DNA of 64,000 nucleotides from Bacteroidota bacterium. Its GTDB lineage: Bacteria; Bacteroidota; Bacteroidia; Flavobacteriales; Flavobacteriaceae. Made by a program: the position numbers and the translations under genes. The notes under the pieces are model-generated. The model saw only the letters and a list, made by a program, of their open reading frames with translations, was not told where the DNA came from and did not search any database. Numbering within the stretch: the stretch's first letter is position 1; every line of letters begins with the position of its first letter. Shown one piece after another: positions 19,933 to 29,354 of this stretch. The DNA lies in contig CANFJB010000007.1 of assembly GCA_947447375.1 (NCBI GenBank), positions 48,280 through 112,279 on the forward strand. Reading direction: 5' to 3'.

Positions 19933-20718
19933 ATGAATCAACCATTAGCCTACGTTCATCCAGGAGCCAAAATAGCAAAAAATGTAGTTATAGAACCGTT
20001 TACTACCATTCATAATAATGTAGTTATAGGAGATGGTACTTGGATTGGGTCCAATGTAACTATAATGGAAGGGGCTAGAATTGGTAAAAATTGTAATATT
20101 TTTCCAGGTGCAGTAATTTCTGCAGTGCCTCAAGATTTAAAATTTGGGGGTGAAGATTCGTTAGCAATAATTGGCGATAATTGCACTATTCGTGAATGTG
20201 TTACAATTAATAGAGGGACAATTGCTTCAGGTCAGACTACACTTGGAAACAATTGTTTAGTAATGGCTACAGCTCACATCGCTCACGATTGTCATATTGG
20301 TGACAATGCTATAATTGTAAACGGTGTTGCACTTGCAGGACATGTAACTGTTGGTAATTACGCTATCATTGGAGGTTTAGCTGCAATACATCAGTTTATT
20401 AATGTAGGTGATCATGCTATGATTTCAGGAGGTTCTTTAGTTAGGAAAGATGTACCGCCTTACACTAAAGCTGCAAAAGAACCGCTTTCATATGTTGGTA
20501 TCAATTCAGTGGGTTTAAGAAGAAGAGGATTTACTACGGAGAAAATCAGAGAAATTCAAGAAATATATAGAATATTATATCAAAAAAATTACAATACTAC
20601 TCAGGCAGTTGGGATTATTGAGGCTGAAATGGAAGCGACTCCTGAAAGAGACGAAATTATCGATTTTATTAGAAATTCATCGAGAGGAATTATGAAAGGT
20701 TACTCAGGTAATTTTTAA
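19933..20718 (+). CDS. lpxA: Acyl-ACP--UDP-N-acetylglucosamine O-acyltransferase LpxA
   Basis: PQDLKF, IRECVTINRGT, AHIAHDC, IGGLAAIHQF, INSVGLRRRGF. Confidence 0.97.
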   Translation: MNQPLAYVHPGAKIAKNVVIEPFTTIHNNVVIGDGTWIGSNVTIMEGARIGKNCNIFPGAVISAVPQDLKFGGEDSLAIIGDNCTIRECVTINRGTIASGQTTLGNNCLVMATAHIAHDCHIGDNAIIVNGVALAGHVTVGNYAIIGGLAAIHQFINVGDHAMISGGSLVRKDVPPYTKAAKEPLSYVGINSVGLRRRGFTTEKIREIQEIYRILYQKNYNTTQAVGIIEAEMEATPERDEIIDFIRNSSRGIMKGYSGNF

Positions 20719-20816
20719 ATTTCATTATGCTAAATGAAATAAGCATTAATCAAAAAATACTAACTAATTAAATAGGAAACCTATATTTTAAACTCATCAA
20801 TTAAAACAAATATAAA

Positions 20817-21383
20817 ATGGCATCTACATCAGATATTAAAAACGGATTATGTATAAAATACAATAATGATATTTATAAAATCATAGAATTTTTACATGTT
20901 AAACCAGGAAAAGGACCAGCTTTCGTGAGAACTAAATTAAGAAGTTTGTCAAATGGTAAAGTACTTGACAATACTTTTTCGGCAGGTCATAAGATTGAAG
21001 AAGTGAGAGTTGAAACACATTCATTCCAATTTTTGTATGCCGAAGGAGATCAATTTCATTTTATGAATATTGAATCATATGAGCAAATTACATTAGATAA
21101 AAAGACACTTGACGCTCCAGATTTATTAAAAGAAGGAACAATTGTGATGGTTCAAATAAACACTGAAACAGATTTACCTTTATCAGTAGATATGCCGTCT
21201 TCTATAGTTCTTGAAGTAACTTATGCTGAGCCAGGAGTTAAAGGAAATACTGCAACAAATGCTACTAAACCAGCGAAAGTTGAAACTGGTGCTTCTGTAA
21301 ACGTGCCTTTATTTATAAATGAAGGTGATAAAATAAAAATTGATACTGCTACAGGATCTTACATGGAGCGTGTTAAAGAATAA
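20817..21383 (+). CDS. efp: Elongation factor P
   Basis: HVKPGKGPAFVRTKL, PGVKGNTAT, KPAKVETGA, VPLFINEG. Confidence 0.97.
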   Translation: MASTSDIKNGLCIKYNNDIYKIIEFLHVKPGKGPAFVRTKLRSLSNGKVLDNTFSAGHKIEEVRVETHSFQFLYAEGDQFHFMNIESYEQITLDKKTLDAPDLLKEGTIVMVQINTETDLPLSVDMPSSIVLEVTYAEPGVKGNTATNATKPAKVETGASVNVPLFINEGDKIKIDTATGSYMERVKE

Positions 21384-21401
21384 TATAGTTAAAAAAATTA
21401 A

Positions 21402-22331
21402 ATGAAATTTCCAAAAACGTATCAACTGCATGAAATAGCATCTATAATTGGATGTGAATTTGTTGGCGATTCTAATTTCCCTGTTCTAGGGATGAACGAA
21501 ATTCATGTTGTTGAAAACGGAGATATCGTTTTTGTAGATCATCCTAAATATTACGATAAAGCCTTACAATCTGCAGCAACAATAGTTTTAATTAATAAAA
21601 ATGTTGATTGTCCTAAAGGAAAAGCTTTATTAATTTCAGATGATCCGTTTAGAGATTTCAATAAATTAACCAATTATTTTAAGCCTTTTCAATCTTCAAA
21701 TAGTTTAATTTCTACTTCAGCTAAAATAGGAGAGGGTACTGTTATTCAGCCTAATACATTTGTTGGAAATAATGTAACCATTGGAAAAAATTGTTTGATT
21801 CATTCTAATGTTTCAATATACGATCATACCGTAATTGGTGATAATGTAATTATACATGCTGGAACTATATTAGGAGCTGATGCTTTTTATTACAAAAAAA
21901 GAGAAACTGGTTTTGATCAATTGATTTCTGGTGGTAGAGTTGTAATCGAAAATAACGTTGGAATTGGCGCCCTTTGCACCATAGATAAAGGAGTTACAGG
22001 TGATACTACAATCGGTGAAGGTACTAAAATTGATAATCAGGTGCATGTTGGCCACGATACTGTGATTGGAAAAAAATGCTTAATAGCTTCGCAAACCGGT
22101 ATTGCAGGTTGTGTAATTATTGAAGATGAAGTTACGCTTTGGGGTCAAGTAGGAACCACAAGTGGAATTACCATTGGAGCTAAAGCAGTTGTTTTAGGAC
22201 AAACGGGAGTTACAAAATCGATAGAAGGAGGTAAGAGCTATTTTGGGACACCTGTAGAAGAATCACGAGAAAAATTGAAGCAATTAGCTAATATTAAAAA
22301 AATACCGGATCTAATTCAAAAATTAAAATAG
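21402..22331 (+). CDS. Second LpxD-family N-acyltransferase
   Basis: LpxD N-terminal domain plus hexapeptide repeats, GADAFYY, IDKGVTGDT, KIDNQVHVGHDT. Confidence 0.85.
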   Translation: MKFPKTYQLHEIASIIGCEFVGDSNFPVLGMNEIHVVENGDIVFVDHPKYYDKALQSAATIVLINKNVDCPKGKALLISDDPFRDFNKLTNYFKPFQSSNSLISTSAKIGEGTVIQPNTFVGNNVTIGKNCLIHSNVSIYDHTVIGDNVIIHAGTILGADAFYYKKRETGFDQLISGGRVVIENNVGIGALCTIDKGVTGDTTIGEGTKIDNQVHVGHDTVIGKKCLIASQTGIAGCVIIEDEVTLWGQVGTTSGITIGAKAVVLGQTGVTKSIEGGKSYFGTPVEESREKLKQLANIKKIPDLIQKLK

Positions 22332-22333
22332 TT

Positions 22334-22696
22334 ATGAATTTAAAAAAGATAATTCTAGATTTTTATAAATCAGAAGCGCTAATAAATCCATCTGTTTTGG
22401 CTACCTATTTGCATGATGATATCCTTTTAGAATGGAATAGTAGCACTGGATTTATAAAAATGAATCGCGAGGATTTATTATCGTTAGCTTCTGAATTAAG
22501 CAGATCTTATATCCGATCAAAAGTTGAAATTTCGCATATTGTTAAAGATGGAGATTTAGTTTCAGTTAGATACGCTCATTCTGTAAAGACAATTGAAAAT
22601 CCACGAGAATATATTTTGTTAGCCAATTTCATGATAATTTGGGAATTGAAAGACGAAAAATTATATCGTGGTTATCAAATTAGTCAAGTAGTTTAA
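22334..22696 (+). CDS. NTF2/SnoaL-like protein
   Basis: YLHDDILLEW, ISHIVKDGDLVSVRY, IWELKDEKLYRGYQ: SnoaL fold pattern. Confidence 0.75.
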   Translation: MNLKKIILDFYKSEALINPSVLATYLHDDILLEWNSSTGFIKMNREDLLSLASELSRSYIRSKVEISHIVKDGDLVSVRYAHSVKTIENPREYILLANFMIIWELKDEKLYRGYQISQVV

Positions 22697-22746
22697 AAAT
22701 ATTTAAAAATTAGTTATAAATACTTTTCTTTAAAGTGTCAATAGCT

Positions 22747-22754
22747 TACTTTTG
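22747..22754 (+). promoter_or_regulatory. Sigma-A -7 box upstream of sucD
   Basis: TACTTTTG, 36 nt before the ATG. Confidence 0.6.
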
Positions 22755-22790
22755 CATCGTTCTAAAAAAATAAAATAAAATAATAATATC

Positions 22791-23663
22791 ATGAGTGTTT
22801 TAGTAAATAAAGATTCTAAAATAATTGTTCAAGGTTTTACAGGTAGTGAGGGTACTTTCCACGCTTCTCAAATGATTGAATACGGAACAAATGTTGTTGG
22901 TGGAGTAACTCCAGGAAAAGGAGGAACTACTCACTTAGATCGTCCTGTTTTCAATACTGTAAAAGATGCTGTTGATCAAGTTGGAGCTGATACAACTATC
23001 ATTTTTGTACCGCCTGCTTTTGCTGCTGATGCAATTATGGAAGCTGCAGATGCAGGAATTAAAGTAATTATTACCATTACTGAAGGAATTCCTGTTGCCG
23101 ATATGATTAAAGCGAATCAATATATTAAAGGTAAAGATTGTAGATTAATAGGTCCAAACTGCCCAGGAGTAATTACTCCAGGTGAAGCAAAAGTAGGTAT
23201 TATGCCTGGTTTTGTTTTCAAAAAAGGAACAGTAGGAATCGTTTCAAAATCTGGAACATTGACTTATGAAGCTGCAGACCAAGTAGTAAAACAAGGTTTA
23301 GGAATCACAACTGCTATTGGAATTGGCGGTGATCCAATTATTGGAACTACTACTAAACAAGCCGTTGAATTATTAATGAACGATCCAGAAACTAAATGCA
23401 TTGTAATGATCGGTGAAATTGGTGGTCAATTAGAAGCTGATGCTGCAAAATGGATTAAAGCTGATGGAAATCGCAAACCTGTTGTAGGTTTTATTGCTGG
23501 TGAAACAGCTCCAAAAGGAAGAACAATGGGACACGCTGGTGCAATTGTTGGCGGTGCTGATGATACTGCAGAAGCTAAAAAAAGAATCATGAGAGAATGT
23601 GGAATTCACGTGGTTGACTCTCCAGCTGAAATTGGTAAAAAAGTAAAAGAAGTATTGGGATAA
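22791..23663 (+). CDS. sucD: Succinate--CoA ligase alpha subunit
   Basis: [39 protein letters not shown] (phospho-His). Confidence 0.98.
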   Translation: MSVLVNKDSKIIVQGFTGSEGTFHASQMIEYGTNVVGGVTPGKGGTTHLDRPVFNTVKDAVDQVGADTTIIFVPPAFAADAIMEAADAGIKVIITITEGIPVADMIKANQYIKGKDCRLIGPNCPGVITPGEAKVGIMPGFVFKKGTVGIVSKSGTLTYEAADQVVKQGLGITTAIGIGGDPIIGTTTKQAVELLMNDPETKCIVMIGEIGGQLEADAAKWIKADGNRKPVVGFIAGETAPKGRTMGHAGAIVGGADDTAEAKKRIMRECGIHVVDSPAEIGKKVKEVLG

Positions 23664-23682
23664 ACCAATACTCAAACAATAT

Positions 23683-23717
23683 AAAATACCTCACGGTTTT
23701 TCGTGGGGTATTTTTTT
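23683..23717 (+). terminator. Rho-independent terminator after sucD
   Basis: AAATACCTCACG-GTTTTT-CGTGGGGTATTT followed by Ts. Confidence 0.85.
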
Positions 23718-23741
23718 ATAATAATGATTATATAAATAAGT

Positions 23742-24170
23742 ATGTATAAAGAATTAAAAAGTATAAAAAATAAGAATCAATTTCAATTTGATTTGAATGA
23801 TAACCTTGAAGAAGTTTGTAATGCTCCTGATGCAGCAAGTGGTATTTTCTTAGTTTATGATATTTCAAATGAAGAAAAAGAACTTATAATGGTTGGTTCA
23901 ACAGGAACTGTTCAAAATGATGGAACTCTAAAAAGCAAAAATGGTGGTTTGTATGACAAAATTGTGAACGGACATCAATTTGCCAAAACAGGACGTAAAT
24001 ATTCTTGGCCTGCACAAATGAAAAAAGAATCAATTGATAAATTAGAAGTTTATTGGTATGAAACTTTTAATGATAAAAACAAAATCATCCCTACATTTAT
24101 TGAAGGACAAATACTTCAAAATTTCTTGACTGAGTTCAATAAATTGCCAAAATGGAATGTAGCATTCTAA
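23742..24170 (+). CDS. Hypothetical protein, distant GIY-YIG-like
   Basis: SGIFLVY...LIMVGSTG, with C-terminal IEGQIL and LPKWN resembling the GIY..YIG..E..N layout. Confidence 0.45.
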   Translation: MYKELKSIKNKNQFQFDLNDNLEEVCNAPDAASGIFLVYDISNEEKELIMVGSTGTVQNDGTLKSKNGGLYDKIVNGHQFAKTGRKYSWPAQMKKESIDKLEVYWYETFNDKNKIIPTFIEGQILQNFLTEFNKLPKWNVAF

Positions 24171-24171
24171 T

Positions 24172-24199
24172 AAAAAAAGCTCCAATTGGAGCTTTTTTT
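24172..24199. terminator. Bidirectional terminator closing the ECF/MbnP/YHYH operon
   Basis: Perfect 28-bp palindrome AAAAAAAGCTCCAATTGGAGCTTTTTTT between convergent genes. Confidence 0.9.
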
Positions 24200-25577
24200 A
24201 TTTTTTAAGAATTACTTTATATGTTTTGACATTATCTTCAGAAGCTATTTTTAAAAAATAAATTCCATTATAAATGGTATCTGTTTCAAAATAACAAATT
24301 GTACTTCCTTGGAAAAATTCTTTAGAGGCAATTATTCTTCCTTGTTCATCAACCAAATCAGCTTTTAAGTTTTCTGAAATCATTTCACTTGATTGAATAA
24401 TTATCAGTTCACCAGCTGGGTTGGGGTAGATTTTGAAATTCAATTTATCAAAATTAAAATTGGTATTTCCCATCACCGGATTATAAGTCAAAACCGTTTC
24501 TGTTATTGGGGTAACTGTTGGTGCATTCATATTTGTAGCCGATTTAACTCCATAATAATAAGGCCCTACAACATAGGGATAAACAGAATTATAATTTTGA
24601 TCTACAGTAGTAAAATAGCAATAAGTACCATTGGGATATTGTGGTGTTTTGCAAAAACGACCATTGTGAACATCTAAATATTCACTTCCAGTATTTGCTA
24701 CGTACTCATAATCTTCTCGATACCATCCTATTGGAAATGAAGTGTTTACTGGCGGACCATCAACAACATCTGTTCCGTCAGCGTAAACATTTCTTGTAGT
24801 AATATTTCGCTCTCTATAACTTGATTTCATTCTTGTAATTCCACTATTAACATCTAACGGATTGGTATATCCATACGGACCATAAATTGGATACCCATCA
24901 TATGCAAATCCTAATAATGGAGAGTGGACAGTAGGATTTATTACATACAAACCATCAGAAGCATATGGTGAACAAACAGTAGAAAGTACTACCAAATCCA
25001 TATTAAATGCAGAAGGATTTTGATGATGATGATAACGACTTTGTGCATCTGGATGTCCTTTTGAACAATCAAATCCAACACGTTCTGCTAATACTCCATT
25101 TCTATTCCAAATCCCATCACCTCCACCTGTGTTCGGAGCATCAGAAGCTGTTGAAGCTTTGTAAGAAAACCCATCGCCATAACTGTAAAGAGCAACGCCA
25201 TTAATAAATACACCAATATTTGCTGCACCTGTTGCTTGCGAAGGAACATTTCCTAATGTACTTACAACTGGGTTTAAAGGAAATTTAAATAGTGCGTTTT
25301 GAACTCCAGCAACCGTTCTGGGATTATTATAAAATGGACCAGTTACAAATGAAGGAATCCCTTGGGTACTTATGTATGCAGAAGTGGTGGAATATTGCAC
25401 TGTTTGAACATTTGCAGGAATTGCTGAATCTATCAAAATAGTGGAACTACCCGATAAATAGTGTCTTCCTGTAATACCTGTATTGTTTATTAACCACGAA
25501 GTAATTATAGGATTGGTTTGTGCAAAAGAATTTATTACAAACAAATATAATAAAAGAAAAGAGAAAATATTTTTCAT
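24198..25577 (-). CDS. YHYH-domain protein with T9SS type A sorting domain (paralog 2)
   Basis: Signal peptide; FDCSKGHPDAQSRYHHHQNP, GFAYDGYPIYGP, LDVHNGRF; CTD IYPNP...GIYFLKI...KVILKK. Confidence 0.85.
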   Translation of the reverse strand: MKNIFSFLLLYLFVINSFAQTNPIITSWLINNTGITGRHYLSGSSTILIDSAIPANVQTVQYSTTSAYISTQGIPSFVTGPFYNNPRTVAGVQNALFKFPLNPVVSTLGNVPSQATGAANIGVFINGVALYSYGDGFSYKASTASDAPNTGGGDGIWNRNGVLAERVGFDCSKGHPDAQSRYHHHQNPSAFNMDLVVLSTVCSPYASDGLYVINPTVHSPLLGFAYDGYPIYGPYGYTNPLDVNSGITRMKSSYRERNITTRNVYADGTDVVDGPPVNTSFPIGWYREDYEYVANTGSEYLDVHNGRFCKTPQYPNGTYCYFTTVDQNYNSVYPYVVGPYYYGVKSATNMNAPTVTPITETVLTYNPVMGNTNFNFDKLNFKIYPNPAGELIIIQSSEMISENLKADLVDEQGRIIASKEFFQGSTICYFETDTIYNGIYFLKIASEDNVKTYKVILKK

Positions 25578-25580
25578 AGT

Positions 25581-26930
25581 TTATTTATCAATGATTACTT
25601 TAAAAGTCTTTGATTCTTTATCATTAGAAATTTTCAAGAAATACAATCCATTGTAAATAGTAGCTATTTCAATTATACTCAATGTACTACCTTGCAGGAT
25701 TTGACTTGTTTTAACCACTTTTCCTAATTCATCAATTAATTCTACTTTCAAATTACTTTCAAGCATTTGAGATTGAATAGCAATAAAATCTTGGGCTGGG
25801 TTAGGAGCTATAGTTATATTGAAACTAGAATCGTTAAAATTGGTTGTTCCCAGAGTAGTAACAGCTTCAGTTATTGAGGTTACTTTTAAAGCTGTTTTAT
25901 TTCCATAAAATGTTGGTCCCACAACATAAGGATAAGCTGAATTATGATTGGCATCAACAGTAGCAAAATAACAGTAAATTCCATTAGGATATTCCGGAGT
26001 TATACAAAAACGTCCATTGTGTTCATCTAAATAACTTGGATCTGTAGGATGTGAAATAAATTCGTAGTCTTCTCTAAAATATCCAAGTGGATAAGTTGAA
26101 CTCACAGCAGGTCCATCCAAAACGTCTGTTCCATCAGCCCAAACGGTTCTGGTAGTTATATTTCTATATTGGTAACCTGATTTCATTCTAACTATTCCTC
26201 CAGTTCCATTAGTATTTGCATAAGCATAAGCACCGTAAATAGGAAAACCGTCATAGGCAAATCCTATTAAAGGAGAATGTTCACTTGGATTGATAACATA
26301 CAATCCATCTGAAGGATAGGTTGAACATACAGTAGAAATAACATTGATATCTAATCCAAAAGCGCTTGGATTTTGATGGTGATGGTAATTACCCATTGCA
26401 GGATGAGCTTTAGCACAGTCAAAACCTATTCGTTCCCCCACAACAGCATCTCTATTCCATTTCCCATCTCCTGTACAAGGCGGATTTATTGGGCCTCCAC
26501 AAAGCGAACTTGATGCATTTCGCCATGACACACCATCTCGATAATCAAATAATGCAACACCATTTTTAAATAATCCAATATTACCACCAGTAGTTGCTGT
26601 TGCTGTTCCTGTATTTTGAGTTGGATTTAATGGAAATTTAAATATTGCTCCAGCTTGTGTAGTTGCAAGTGATGGATTTCCATCCAAAAATGGTCCTGTA
26701 ATATAAGCTGGAATCCCATTTGTGGTAACATAAACCCAATTCGCAGAATATTGAACTGTTTGCACATTTGCTAAAACCGCATCAACAATTGGAGTTGAAT
26801 TTCCAGAAACATAATGTCTTCCAGTAATTCCAGTTGTGTTTTGCAACCATTTAGTAATTATAGGGTTGGTTTGCCCTAATAGTGTGCATCCAAATAATAA
26901 CATCCCAAAAAGAGTAATTTTTTGTTTCAT
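25581..26930 (-). CDS. YHYH-domain protein with T9SS type A sorting domain (paralog 1)
   Basis: Signal peptide; FDCAKAHPAMGNYHHHQNP, GFAYDGFPIYG, LDEHNGRF; CTD APNP...GLYFLKI...KVIIDK. Confidence 0.85.
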   Translation of the reverse strand: MKQKITLFGMLLFGCTLLGQTNPIITKWLQNTTGITGRHYVSGNSTPIVDAVLANVQTVQYSANWVYVTTNGIPAYITGPFLDGNPSLATTQAGAIFKFPLNPTQNTGTATATTGGNIGLFKNGVALFDYRDGVSWRNASSSLCGGPINPPCTGDGKWNRDAVVGERIGFDCAKAHPAMGNYHHHQNPSAFGLDINVISTVCSTYPSDGLYVINPSEHSPLIGFAYDGFPIYGAYAYANTNGTGGIVRMKSGYQYRNITTRTVWADGTDVLDGPAVSSTYPLGYFREDYEFISHPTDPSYLDEHNGRFCITPEYPNGIYCYFATVDANHNSAYPYVVGPTFYGNKTALKVTSITEAVTTLGTTNFNDSSFNITIAPNPAQDFIAIQSQMLESNLKVELIDELGKVVKTSQILQGSTLSIIEIATIYNGLYFLKISNDKESKTFKVIIDK

Positions 26931-26950
26931 AATTTGATGGTATATTTTAT

Positions 26951-27574
26951 TTATTTCATTTTGTCGATAATTCCTCTATAAAAAATCCGGCAACCAAATG
27001 GCTCTGAATTTTTTATAAAAACCTCATTACCTTTTAATAATTGATCAACAGCATTAGTTAAAAAATGATTTTTCACATTTTGATAATCTCCCGCATTATC
27101 ATCTATAGAACCTTCATATTTGACAATATATTTATTGTTTTGTTTCCAAATAACGAAAGCTTGTGGAGTAACAGAAGCTTTGAAATTCTTTCCAACCACT
27201 TGCTTTTTATCTTGTAAATAAGGAAAATTCAATTTATCAGTTTTAACTTTATTTTGCATTTTTTTAAATGATTCTTCAGCATAAGCCAAAGTATCCATTG
27301 AATTAATTGCAATTAAAGGAATACCTACAGTTTTATATTTATCACTCATTTGATTCAAACGCTGAGAATAAAATTTTGCCATTGGGCATTTATTACACGT
27401 AAATATAATAATAAAACCTTTAGCGTTTTTATAATCAGACAAAGAAACCCAATGATTTGTTTTGGCGCATTTTAATTTGAAATCAGAAACCTGTTTTTCC
27501 TTTACAATTAAATTAAAACTGCAAAGAACAAAAAGAATACTGATAAATAATAATTGGAAAAATTGCTTTTTCAT
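26951..27574 (-). CDS. Exported redoxin (AhpC/TSA-like thioredoxin fold)
   Basis: Signal peptide; IFTCNKCP (CxxC); FPYLQD, ASVTPQAF, YEGSIDD, GCRI. Confidence 0.85.
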   Translation of the reverse strand: MKKQFFQLLFISILFVLCSFNLIVKEKQVSDFKLKCAKTNHWVSLSDYKNAKGFIIIFTCNKCPMAKFYSQRLNQMSDKYKTVGIPLIAINSMDTLAYAEESFKKMQNKVKTDKLNFPYLQDKKQVVGKNFKASVTPQAFVIWKQNNKYIVKYEGSIDDNAGDYQNVKNHFLTNAVDQLLKGNEVFIKNSEPFGCRIFYRGIIDKMK

Positions 27575-27576
27575 AG

Positions 27577-29292
27577 TTATTTTTTGATAAACTTTCTTGT
27601 AGTAAGGCTTTTCGTTTGTTTATCCATCATTTGAAAGGTATAAACTCCTGATTCTAATGAAGAAATATCGATTCCGTTTTGCCATTCTGGTTGTGGTAAC
27701 ATCATTACAACTCTTCCTGTAATTGTTGAAATAGTTACATAATAGATCTCAGTATTGTCATCTTTTAAATTAACATATAAAAGGTTACTTGATGGATTTG
27801 GATACAAACTAAAACTAGTATTTGTTTCACTTTGATTAGTTCCTAAAGCACCTGAAACAATAAATTGTCCCATCATACCACCATCTTCATGACCACCAAA
27901 ATGGCAGTGGTACATATAGGGATGGGTTACATCGGAATCAGCGAAATCGTCAAATTTTGCAACGAAAGTTACAGACTCATTTCTTGGTAAATAAAAGGTG
28001 TCTTTCCAGCCACTTTCGTGTGAACCAACGGCAGTAGCAATTCCATTTCTTGCCACTATTTTAAACTCAACATCATGTAAATGAAATGAATGTCCAAATA
28101 CAGCGTTATTAGTTACAGTCCATTTTTCGATATCATTTAAATTAACTACTTTAGGAGTCATCGTCAATGAATAGGTGACATTATCAAAATTAAAAGGAAC
28201 ACTTGCAGGACCTGGATTTCCATTTGTTACAGCTATAGCTCTTGTAACAGTAGCATCTGCTGCTGTCCAATAAGTATTTGATATCAAAGTTGAAGGAAGA
28301 GCTGTTATTGGAGTTGTTGCTGTGGTAGTTGCGGCAACATTTATATGTAATACATTAAAATCTATATTATTTAATAAACTTCCAAAATCACCAGATGTAT
28401 TAGGTTCACCACCAGGGAAACCTAATGTTTGTCCTGAATTATACGCTTTTAAATCTATACTACTACCAACAGTGTCTCCGCCTAAATTCACCATTATTTC
28501 TATTCTCTCACCAACTAATAATTTTACTCTGGTTACAGCAACTGGTGCATTTAATAGGCCTCCATCATTACCAATAATGTAAAAAGTTCGATTATCACTA
28601 AATCCTAAATTATAGGCTCTTTCAATTTCAGCATTTAAAATTCTCATCCTTACATATTGTTTTGGTAAACTAATTTGTGCATTTGGTGTTCCATTAGACA
28701 ACATATAATCTCCATATACACGTGTAGTACTAACAAAAGTATTAGTAGTAGGTGTATAACTTCTACTGGTTAATGCTAAAACAATATCATCAACTCCATA
28801 AGTTCTTGGCAATGCCAATGCCGCTTCTTGAGGGTCTTTAACAATTATAAATCCTCCAATACCTTTAGTCATTTGCGCTTGAGTAGTAGTATGCAAATGA
28901 GGATGATACCATAAAGTAGTGGCTTGGTTTTTTACTGTCCAATACGGTTGCCAAAGAGTTCCAGCAGGTATAACTTGATGTGGACCTCCATCCATTACTG
29001 CAGGCAAATGCATTCCATGCCAGTGAACAGTTGTAGATTCATTTAAATTGTTGGTTACATTCATATGAACCAAATCACCTTTATTAATAAATAATGTTGG
29101 CCCCCAAAAAGTCTCATTATTGATCGAACCTGTAATAGTTTGATTTCCTGTAACTAATTGTTTAGTAGATTCATGAATATTCAAATTGAAAGTAGTTCCA
29201 TACAACGCTTCAGGCATTGTCATATTTGAATATTGAGCATTTATTACTGTAGATGTTAATGCTATAATTGAGGCTAGAATTATTTTTTTCAT
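27577..29292 (-). CDS. Multicopper oxidase with T9SS type A sorting domain
   Basis: All four Cu motifs present: HWHG, WYHPH, HSFHLH, HCHFGGHEDGGM (T1 ligands H-C-H-M); CTD LYPNP...GVYTFQM...RKFIKK. Confidence 0.93.
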   Translation of the reverse strand: MKKIILASIIALTSTVINAQYSNMTMPEALYGTTFNLNIHESTKQLVTGNQTITGSINNETFWGPTLFINKGDLVHMNVTNNLNESTTVHWHGMHLPAVMDGGPHQVIPAGTLWQPYWTVKNQATTLWYHPHLHTTTQAQMTKGIGGFIIVKDPQEAALALPRTYGVDDIVLALTSRSYTPTTNTFVSTTRVYGDYMLSNGTPNAQISLPKQYVRMRILNAEIERAYNLGFSDNRTFYIIGNDGGLLNAPVAVTRVKLLVGERIEIMVNLGGDTVGSSIDLKAYNSGQTLGFPGGEPNTSGDFGSLLNNIDFNVLHINVAATTTATTPITALPSTLISNTYWTAADATVTRAIAVTNGNPGPASVPFNFDNVTYSLTMTPKVVNLNDIEKWTVTNNAVFGHSFHLHDVEFKIVARNGIATAVGSHESGWKDTFYLPRNESVTFVAKFDDFADSDVTHPYMYHCHFGGHEDGGMMGQFIVSGALGTNQSETNTSFSLYPNPSSNLLYVNLKDDNTEIYYVTISTITGRVVMMLPQPEWQNGIDISSLESGVYTFQMMDKQTKSLTTRKFIKK

Positions 29293-29308
29293 AGTATTTG
29301 GATTTATT

Positions 29309-29340
29309 TTATTTAGACGAATTTATTATCAAATTCTTGC
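29309..29340 (-). promoter_or_regulatory. Putative ECF sigma promoter upstream of the multicopper oxidase
   Basis: Minus strand GCAAG-AATTTGATAATAAATT(16)-CGTCTAAATAA; same elements and spacing as 32055-32086. Confidence 0.75.
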
Positions 29341-29354
29341 ATTTTTTTTATAAT

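Noticed and set aside
22791-23663. sucD without sucC
   Set aside because: Unlinked sucC and sucD is usual in Bacteroidota
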